Source: Tubulanus polymorphus (taxonomy: Eukaryota > Animalia > Nemertea). From it: 64,000 bases of DNA. The stretch covers positions 11,130,485 through 11,194,484 of the forward strand of contig NC_134027.1 in the NCBI RefSeq assembly GCF_964204645.1. Reading direction: 5' to 3'. The translations under genes were made by a program, and so were the position numbers. The notes under the pieces were generated by a model. That model ran no database searches and was not told the origin of the DNA. It saw nothing but the letters and a program-made list of their open reading frames with translations. Below, in pieces: positions 54,643-64,000 of this stretch. Position 1 is the stretch's first letter; each line of letters starts with the position of its first letter.

Positions 54643-57600
54643 TTACACGATATATAACCACATAATTGTTAAGATCACATAAGTCGTTGCATAAATTCGA
54701 CATCGTGAGGCAATTCCTACGGCATCCTCGTTCAGTAGAGTTATTCGTCTTTCCAATCCAGGATAAATCGGACTCATTTGTTTGATGTATTCGATAAATA
54801 CATCAGAGTCAAGGTCACCTGAAAGAAAATCATAAGTTTTTTTATGGTTATCTAGTCCGATTTTACTTTTTTAAACACTCGAGATAAACAGAAGGTTTCT
54901 GGTTACCGAGAAGGTGAATCTTTCTCGCTTTTTTAGCGATCATTGAATAACCGTCGCCTCCTTTAACCATGTAATCACTGAGAAGAACTTTGTACGATCG
55001 GTTCAATTCCAGCGGCTGATAGCGTGGCACTAGACATTCGGAACACCTTACTTCCACGTTAACGACTCTATGACCGTTCAACTTCGCCAGGTCATATGTA
55101 ATCCAAATTCCTGTGAATAATTCTAGAAATTCTATTCGGAATTCTAATTGCACAATAAAACGATTTTAAGGCGTTTGTAAAAAAACAATTTGCAATTTGT
55201 GTGATTTTTTTTACATGGCCGGAATCAGCAACCATAAATTCCATATACATTTTCGGTTTATTTTTTTACACATTCAAGAAATGAAGAGAAAAGGGAAGTT
55301 TCCATTTACCAGGCGAAGGAAACGAACGCTATCGGAAAATAGAAATCACCGATTTTTCTATTATCTTGAAATAGGGATTGGCCCTATAATTTATTTGATT
55401 GAGATTTCGTTTGATTTGTTTGATTTGTCGTCCCTTACAAACCCGACACACCTGCCGGGATCGAAGCACGGGGTTTGATTCTAAAATTGAGAATGGAAGT
55501 ACGGACATGAAGTTGTGTGATCGACGTGCGAAATTATAAAATGTTTTTTTGTTTTGATCGAAGTACATGATTTGAAATTGTCACCTTTTTAACGATTTAT
55601 CACTTATACTTTTTTGGCAAAGGGCAGACGGAAAATACATAAATTGCGCTAAGGGTCTTAGTGTATGAAATGTTAAAAATCTCTCCAACAGCATAGTGCG
55701 GGACCGCCTCAAAATGGAGCCTGACAACGGAAACGTCCCTAGATTACCTGAATATTGTAAAAAACGACCACGCAATGCTTTAGGGTTATAATCCCGCACA
55801 GAATGTTCCAATACTTCCAGCAAATCCTCGCCTTTCAGTTGCACGATGTCTACAGTATTTCTAAATGGCAAAACTCGAAGAGCATCTTCGATGGATATAT
55901 CACCTGAAATTTAGAATAGATTTTGATTTTTTTCTCAAAATTATTTGACTAATTGATTTGATGCTAATTTGGAGTGGCCTTTAAAAATATAGATACATTT
56001 AATTTACATGAATCTTTTTGAGTTTTTAAACAAAAGTTTTCTGTTCAAGTTTTTAAGATATATAGTTCTATATACGATATATACCTTGAATTTTGTTTTT
56101 ATTTGTGCGTTTTTGAACTTTTTATCGAGGGATTTGTTACCGGCTGAATTGGATTGAGTTACTGAGTTACTGAGTTACTTAACCCTTATTTATGGAAGCT
56201 CTGATGCCACCTCCATTCCACATAGCTATAGATACGTTAGTCCACCGAGAGCCGTCCGAGTAGCGAATATTCTGATGAATCATTGCATCCGTTATCAGAT
56301 TACCTGAAATTAAACGATGACTTTTAAAGCACAACACTATTGCATCATTTCAAGTTTCAACAATTTATCGGGTGTATTGCCTGACTTTCTCGATCATGGA
56401 AAATTCAATGAATATTTCTTTCGCATAACTGAGGAAGCGTCTTAATACTAAGGAGTTCCGGGAACTTAGTGTTATATATTCGTTTACACTTATACTTCGT
56501 ATGTCACATAGAAAATATATTTTTCATTAACACATATTTTTCTGGTGATTGAGTACCTATGGTGAAATATAATTGAAAAAAAAACAAAATTTGGGAATTC
56601 TTGGCCTATTCTTTATCTGAAAGTCGCAGAAAATTCAACCGAAAAATTTTATGTGAGGAAAAAAATTACGCAGTCGGATTGACAATCCAATTGGCGTTTT
56701 CAGACATCTATGTAACAAGCTCAAATATCAAATATGAATCACATTACACATTGGAAATCCTTACCAGTATTGCACTCGTGCAGACGGCACTTTGACCTGC
56801 TCCCCTCGAGAAATACGTGCGTCTTTCCAATAATTTCCGCTCCAATATTCTTTAGAGGTTCGGCCCAATTTCGTATCTCACCGAGCACAAATTTGTCTTA
56901 CAAAAAGCCAAAAAAAAAGCAAATAGTTTTTCAGTTGGGTTAGGTTGCGCCGCGTGAAAATGCCAAATACTGACCTTCGGGTACCGAAGAATCCAATAGG
57001 ATCGGATTACCGGACCAGTCTTTCAAACGCCCTGCTTCGTCAAAAGTCACGTGCAAACAGCCGAGATACTTTCCAAAAGCGTAGTCCTGAACGATCAGTA
57101 CAATACTGCCATCTTTTCTAGCTACAACGTGTGGATAATCCCCCGCGGGAACTTCCTCTGAAGGTGCTTTCCCTTTAAAGAGGAACAGTTTAGAAGTATT
57201 CGAAATCAACAATGACTGATACTATAAGTAATGGAAATATGAATCTAATGACAAAAACCCAGTCCTAGAAATCTTTCTTACGAAAATCTTTACGGTAATA
57301 TAGCGGAGCCTCATCAACAAGGGTAATCACCCCAGTGAGCAGACTCGGACAAAAGGTTCACCGGGAACCGAATGGCTGATGGACTGGCTCACCGGGGTTC
57401 AAACTTTCGGCTGTGAGCCAAAGACCACCATGAGCCACGAATACAGGAGTAAACTTGACTCTAGGGTTGAGATATTGGAATTGAAATTAAATCTAGCATC
57501 AAAATTGAGATCAATCACTGCAGAATCAGTACGTGAAAGTTGGAAAGTTTATATAAGTGTATCAGGAAAATCAATTACGTTTATTCATTTCTAGAATTTG

Positions 57601-59559
57601 CATTCCTGCTTAAGCTATGGTGCCTGATAAGAGCCATATGCATTATTTTTGCATGATCTCGATCATGGAAAAACGCAAAGTAAAACTCTTAGAGCAAAAA
57701 CGAAAACTTCGCTTTTGCGCCGTAGCAAAAACTTAGCATTTTCCCTACCGCGAAAAACCGAAAAATTGTAGGGAATTCGTTTTTGCTCTAGTATGACTTT
57801 CTTTTTTCGCCATGATTTTCGTTTTTGCGCCGTAGCAAAAACCAATGTTCGCACTCGAATTCTATACAATCACTTTATGGAAAGACATCATCCGGTCAGT
57901 ATCCAGTTTACTTGGTTACTACGGTCCCAACGCTATAATCCGACTCTACTTGGTAAACATTTTGAGATTACGTCTAATCGCTCCCTTGATCATTTCCCGA
58001 CGCGTTTCTCCTATCAATAATTCATACCTGTATATAAGAATGTATTCGTATGCCCGCCAACAATCACGTCGATACCGGAGACTTTTTCGGCAATCTGTAA
58101 ATCAACGTCGATACCAGCGTGTCCGACAGCGATAATTTTATTCACACCTTCGGACAAAAGTTTGTTCACTTCTTCTTGAATGGTGGAAATTTCGTTTTCA
58201 AATATCAGCGTCGGACCTTAGTAAAATAGAGCAAAGCGTAGATTGGCTGGAGGGATACAACTTAGCTTAAATACCATGATGTCAACTGGTTAACTTTTGT
58301 CCACCTTGTGAATACTCAGGGGCGGATACAGGATTGTTGGGTTCACCCATCTATTTAGGGGAAACGTTCAGAGAAAGGACACAAAGACGAGGATCAAAGA
58401 CTGGAAGACTCGGTGTCCTTTTGATGAATTATGATAATTTAAGACATTTTCGGACTACCGTTACTTCAGTCAAATAAAAACAAATAGCATCGCCCAAACA
58501 GGATTTACATTTCCTTTCCAAATACTCCTTTAACTGGGTCATTATGATTCTAAATACAGTAAAAGCAACACTTTTGTGAAATAAGCACAGATTATTTCTT
58601 TTTTTTGGGTTTTTTCCTAGAATATACCAAACGCAGTACTGAACAAATGCTAATGCAAAGGTGTTTACAAAAAACTAACACAGTGGCAACAGGTTTTATT
58701 CACTTCACTGATGCCATCTGAAGGAAGCTTTTTAAAAAGGACACTTGACCAAAGGGTTCGAACTCCCTGTATCCGCCCATGATGTCCTTGATTATTTCTT
58801 GAAATAGGGATTGGCCCAGTTGTTTATTTGGTCGGTAGATTTAGTTTGATTTTTTGCTTAGTGCCCTTACAAATCCACCACACCTGCCGGGAGCGAAACA
58901 GGAGGTCCTTGATCGTTAACCTTACCTGGAGATGAGAGTTGTGGTGTATCACTAGTTGTATAACCTACTACACCTATCTTCTCCCCATCGATAAGAAAAT
59001 GCGTTGACTTTCTAAACGCCCCGTTTAACTTAGGTTCTTTCGATGCATCGATGTTGCAGCTGAGCAGTGGAAACGAAACGTTCCGAACAAGCGGTAAAAG
59101 CCCATCAACGCCAATATCGAATTCGTGATTTCCGAACGCCTAGTATAAAACGAAATGAAGGAAAGGAATCGAAATGAAATTTAACCAAGCGACAAGATAA
59201 TGTAGATAAGCTATACCACTTACCATAGCGTCGTATTTAAGAAGATTCATAAAGTGAGCCGTTGCCAAGCCTTTGTAGAGATAAAACCACAATGTTCCCT
59301 GATATTGGTCCCCGGCATCCAACAACAAGCTATTCGCATATCGAGACCGTAGTTCTCTGATTTTCGTCATCCGCCGAGCCACTCCTCCAAAACAAGGCTT
59401 CTGATCGGTGTCGTTGGTGCAGCTGCCTCCCGAGTCGTTGGTTTCTTCGAATCGAGCGTGAACATCATTCGTATGAATCAACGTCAAATTGAAACAGAAA
59501 AACGTTTCCTGAATAACAACGAATAACACTATCACGAGATATAGTCGACCATTTTGCAT
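54643..59559 (-). CDS. NT5E: Ecto-5'-nucleotidase (CD73/apyrase-like), 9 exons, predicted GPI-anchored
   Basis: Signal peptide; HTNDVHARFEE, GGVARR, LDAGDQYQGTLW, GNHEFD, VGHAG, GGHTNTFLY, YAFGKYLG, NGGGIR, PFRN, FLQYSG, GGDGY; last exon 54818-54643 ends in hydrophobic YVILTIMWLYIV*. Confidence 0.95.
58319..58779. mobile_element. MITE with GGG...CCC termini (Harbinger-like)
   Basis: gggcggatacagg ... cctgtatccgccc. Confidence 0.65.
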
Positions 59560-60429
59560 TTTTCACAATATCAACAGTCCACAGGTCGGTCACTATCAGG
59601 CGCTGATTGAACAAGGCTACCGCCAAGACGTTTTCAAATCAGTTCGCGGGAACAAAACATATTAGACCAAAACAACTGTACACCAGCACTAATACATATA
59701 AAGGCCTATCATCCTGGTGTAACACCACCAAAATTACATATCATGAAATATTCATTCTCAAGTATTGTTAACTTCCCTATCATAAATCATACTTTTGAGT
59801 ATCATTAACTTCCCTATCATACGTAAATCATTTCACAAAAATTCAGTTCTCTCGAAAATCGAGACTTTTATCCAAATTAGAGATACCAATCATAACTTCA
59901 CGACTTCCTGGTCCAGAGTCTTGGGAGAGCCTTGTACAGTCTTGCAGAGTTCTGAACAGGCTCACTTTCTGTTGGGTTACTTTGGGTTGGATGATGTTAC
60001 TTTCGTTCTTGAAAGAGTATTGTTGAAACTGCAACTAACCACCTGACTGCAGTTTAAGGCTGGTTTTCACGAGCGGTTTCCAGCTAGCTTTTTCCAGCTC
60101 GGGTCAATTTTTCGGTGTTTTCACGAGTGGTTTCCTGCGGCAGTTGGGATAACTAGCTGGAAAGCGCTCTTTAGTTGATATTCAATTTCCCCAAACGTGA
60201 CGTGCAGTGATATTATTTCATCGTAAATTTCATTTAGATTCTTACCAAACTTGAATGTGAAAATTTGATTAATTCAAAAGCATACAAACGAAAATGAGCA
60301 AATCAATGCTTTAATAACACAACGGGCGTATATGTATATGTGTAATTCTTTCTGAATCGCTTTTGAATACAAGATTCTGTTGTGTGTGATTGTGGCACTG
60401 TATTCAAATCTGCGTCAACGGAGGCAACT

Positions 60430-61401
60430 ATGAATTATTCGCGATGCCCAATTGACGAACTTAACGTATTCAAACACTACGTGGTAGTTTACGGTATCGG
60501 TACGATCTGTGTTTTGGGTATTTGTTTGAACATCTTCGGAATTTTCGTATTTCGAAAAATGACCGAGAGCGGGCAAGCTATTTATCTGCTCACAATGTTG
60601 GCAATAGCCGACACAGTGTATCTGATAAATATATTTCTCGATAGTCCAGTTCGTCGACTTATTTTCCAAGCAATTTACGGCGATGACGTATTTCGTATCC
60701 GAGATTACGGCGTCTTTCCGATGTGGAACTGGCTCCGTATGGCCGGCTACAAGTCGACGGTGACCATTCGTAATTGGTTGGTCGTTCTGTCGGCGGTTGT
60801 TCGGTGTTCGCACGTTCTATTCCCGTTCTGGTCTCGTCGACACGTCGGTCGAAAGTTCGTCAATTTTAGCGTATCGATAATCGTGATCGTATCGGCGGGG
60901 ATTTATATTCCTCGTTATTTCGGTGGTCGCATTATCCCGTTTAAATGTTTAAAAACTTCGTCGTTGAGTCCGACTTATCTTAAATTTGCGAAAGGTAAAA
61001 AGATGGATTTGAGCTCCACCTGGATATATTTGATAGTAACAATTAACACGCCGATGATAATTCTGATGCTGGCGAACACGATTTTGCTGTGGTCCATCGG
61101 CCGTTCTATGAAAAATAGGAAATCTATGGCATCGTCATCGAATAGGGGAACGATTGCTAACGCGAAAGCCACACAACTCGTCATCATAGCTACAGTTATT
61201 TACCTAGTATGCGAATCACCGACGATCATCTCGAGAATATTCAACTATGTCATTACCTACGAAACCACACCGTCGATGTGGAAAATGTTTGTCCTCTTGG
61301 ACAATTTGACTCCAATCGATTCAGCGATTAATTTCATCATTAATATAATCGCGAGTAGAAGCTTCCGAGAAACTGCGCATACGATGCTATTTGCCAAGTA
61401 A
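60430..61401 (+). CDS. Intronless rhodopsin-class GPCR, more distant member of the same family
   Basis: First ATG at 60430; GICLN, LAIAD, RNWLVVLSAVVRC, CESP, DSAINFII...SRSFRE. Confidence 0.87.
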   Translation: MNYSRCPIDELNVFKHYVVVYGIGTICVLGICLNIFGIFVFRKMTESGQAIYLLTMLAIADTVYLINIFLDSPVRRLIFQAIYGDDVFRIRDYGVFPMWNWLRMAGYKSTVTIRNWLVVLSAVVRCSHVLFPFWSRRHVGRKFVNFSVSIIVIVSAGIYIPRYFGGRIIPFKCLKTSSLSPTYLKFAKGKKMDLSSTWIYLIVTINTPMIILMLANTILLWSIGRSMKNRKSMASSSNRGTIANAKATQLVIIATVIYLVCESPTIISRIFNYVITYETTPSMWKMFVLLDNLTPIDSAINFIINIIASRSFRETAHTMLFAK

Positions 61402-62211
61402 TAGAATGTTGATAGTGTTTTTGTTCCGGATATTGAGATTAATTCTGCAGAATGAATATATAATATGCGCGTATCCATTATCTGGGCCGTACGCAACACT
61501 TTCTGGTGCTAAGTGGAACTAACTTCTGCGCTCGCGGCACAACTGTCATGCCGCGAGGGCCGAAAGCGCGAAGCCATAGCATTCCCCAGAAAACATTTTC
61601 AATCAAGGTACTCTAAGGTGCATTCTGAGGTCTTTTCGGCTAGTTTTCTTTTCTGACATCTTCCATGAATACGGCGACAGAATCTGAAAAACTTTTATAA
61701 TCGAATCTGACGATTCAATTTAATTCTTTATCAATTATCAGTTTTAAAACAGTTTATTGTCAAAACCACAGAATACTAACCACATGAAATCTACGAAATA
61801 TATACAACACAACCCTCTTACTTCGGTAAGTTAATAAGAGTACATCCATAAAAAAATATCAAGTAAAATTTTTCGAGGACAGGAAATCAAGCGGTGCTCG
61901 GAACTTTGCGGTTAGATGTGTTTGGTTTGCACCCCCTGTATACGATCCTGCATATGTCTCCTGGAACCTGATAATTATTCTGCATCTTATCTTAATTGGT
62001 TGATAATGTATTTATTAAGGATTTGTCGGTGAATTGCTGATCATTTACATGGTTATCTCTGTCACCCTGATATAAGTCAAATATTTCATAATCATATATA
62101 TCTGCAATTTCATATCGAATGGTTCATAATATTTCATATATCTTACTATATGAAATGCTTAATAATAATAATAATAATAATACTAATAATTTAGATAAAT
62201 GGATATAGTAT

Positions 62212-62212
<1 letters not shown>

Positions 62213-62249
<37 letters not shown>

Positions 62250-62258
62250 TAATATATA
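62213..62258. repeat. (TA)n microsatellite; (AAT)n nearby at about 62161-62190
   Basis: Direct reading. Confidence 0.95.
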
Positions 62259-62893
62259 TCTTTATTAACGTGTCATCTCGATACACAAGCCAGCCTATAA
62301 TAAGGCTTACAAGACACATATGTGCTTTAATCGTAATCAACATGTGACATTACTCAATATGTTTTCATAGTAATTAGCTCTAGTCAGTGCTCATCAATAA
62401 TTAATTAATGTCTCTCAAATATGTCACCAGGTGTTAGTTTGTGAGTCCGCCGGTTTCATCTCCCAATGAACCGGGCACATTTGTATTCTGCAATCATCTG
62501 AAAATCCATTAAACAGGGCCATTGAGTGAAACAGCTATCACAAATGTATAGGCTATATATCAGCAAATTAGTTGGAAAATCTCTCGAAGTTTTGAACTCA
62601 TAATACTATCCAGAAGCTCAAGATAGGTAAATTTGTGTAGAATGGAGAAATCATCTTATATCATAGACCGAATAAGCTTAGAGAAAGAGCACACACATTT
62701 ACTCTACATACTTACCCCATGTAAACATCACATTCTAACAACATGCAGGGTACAGTCTGGCCCGTGCAGGTTCGAGCATTTGTCCATTTGTCAAGGAACG
62801 GCGAATAAAGTTGATTTGGATTTATTTGCAAAAAGGAAGCAAGCCTGCGTGTGTTGGTTGTGAAATAATCCCCACCTAGCTGTCATTGTCAAC

Positions 62894-62901
62894 CCGGAAG
62901 T
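62894..62901 (+). promoter_or_regulatory. ETS-type motif upstream of the C12orf56-like gene
   Basis: CCGGAAGT about 110 bp upstream of the ATG at 63010. Confidence 0.4.
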
Positions 62902-63009
62902 AAATAGACTATTTCGATATTTCGATCAATCATTTTCAAATTTTTTGGCTCGGCCTGAGGTCGGCATTTCCAATTTGTACCCGCAAAATTGCAATCCTCT
63001 CATCCATGC

Positions 63010-63261
63010 ATGGATCGTAATGGAACGGAAAGTATCAGCAAGCGAAATAACAGTAAATTCGACACATTTCTGCGGCGTAAACTCGACAACGAAACGTTCG
63101 AAAGAATTCGTTATTACGAAGCCTGCGTTGTGTGCAGCGAATGGGAAGATAAACAATTTAAATATGTGGTGTTGGGACACGAATGGCTGTACCTGACCGA
63201 AAATCCACCCAGATCCATCAGAGATGCCGTGCATTTGAAAGACATCATTTCTATAGATTTG
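63010..63261 (+). CDS. C12orf56: C12orf56 (DUF4551)-like protein, first coding exon; gene continues beyond the window
   Basis: KRNNSKFDTFLRRKL...IRYYEACVVCS...KYVVL...LYLTENPPRSIR.AVHLKDIISIDL|gtaagt, matching my recollection of human RRNSRLDVFLRRHL...YVVLSDRLVYLTENPPKSIR. Confidence 0.8.
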
Positions 63262-64000
63262 GTAAGTTGTAATTACCTCTGTTCTATATTTTATTTTACT
63301 GTTTCTAATTAGCGTAATGTTTGTTTTCAAAGGGTTCTCCCCTCTCTGAGTACAGCCTTGTTTGGCTTGGGATGAATTCTTGACACACTTCTGTATATTA
63401 ATGACTGATTTATATTTGTGTATTTGTATTCTGTGTACTGGTCTTTGGTGTCTAAATAAACTTCAATGCAATAAAGGAAAAAAATAGAATGTCAGCTCCG
63501 TTTTAGACATCAACTTTTTAATTATAGCCTCACTAGATCATACTTTTCGACACCGGATCATGCAAATCAAAATATTTTACGTACTATGTAGGCCTAGCAA
63601 ATGATACCCTGCTGATTTCGCCGATTAGGCCTAATCTAGAACAAACTGATATGATCAAATTAACCAGGTTTGACCGTAGTAATCGTAATAGTGAAGATAT
63701 TAAAATTTGTATGTCCATATCGAATTCTAATTTAGGTGACCACTCTTGCTATTTTAGGAAAAAATACAGCTTGTTCCCCTCCACTGGTTTGCATTCATTA
63801 TCCAAAGTCAAAAACGAGTACGGCATTTAGACAAACATTCTAGGTCTTAAATATCTTACTTATCTGGTTATTGCTTTCAATACCTAATACCTACTGATTA
63901 TGTTTGGAAAAATACCTATCCGGTCTATCTGATAAAATCTGGTATCTTGTCAACAATTTTTCGAAAATAAGAAAGGAAAAATTTAAACGATATATTTAAG

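Noticed and set aside
48570-54890. Single segmental duplication producing both the GPCR pair and the NT5E exon copy
   Set aside because: The GPCRs are inverted and far more diverged, while the exon copy is direct and highly similar; these are separate events.
57295-57460. GC-rich structured stretch with CTGATGG in an NT5E intron
   Set aside because: Core deviates from CUGANGA and no correctly placed GAAA or stems; not called a ribozyme or ncRNA.

Overview
AT-rich, intron-containing animal genomic DNA, probably from a marine invertebrate (the taxon cannot be determined from sequence alone). Gene order: F-box/LRR gene (-, runs off the left edge); head-to-head peroxisomal Lon protease LONP2 (+, C-terminal SKL, one U12-type intron); CCDC113/CFAP263 (-); casein kinase II alpha (+); CFAP20 (+); a divergent ionotropic glutamate receptor-like gene (+); an SLC10 Na+/bile-acid cotransporter (+); three intronless rhodopsin-class GPCRs interleaved with an ecto-5'-nucleotidase gene (-); and the first coding exon of a C12orf56-like gene (+). 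Many MITE/foldback elements and a 5'-truncated LINE are present. Highlights: (1) a CCDC113<-/->CK2alpha->CFAP20 block with the order and orientation I recall for human 16q21, with an RFX X-box; (2) a duplicated, still in-frame terminal exon of the 5'-nucleotidase that would remove the GPI signal; (3) three foldback elements carrying minimal hammerhead-ribozyme-like cores, one apparently intact; (4) twin perfect palindromes in a CK2 intron. Exon boundaries were read by eye and may be off by a few bases. No database searches were run; comparisons with human genes are from memory.
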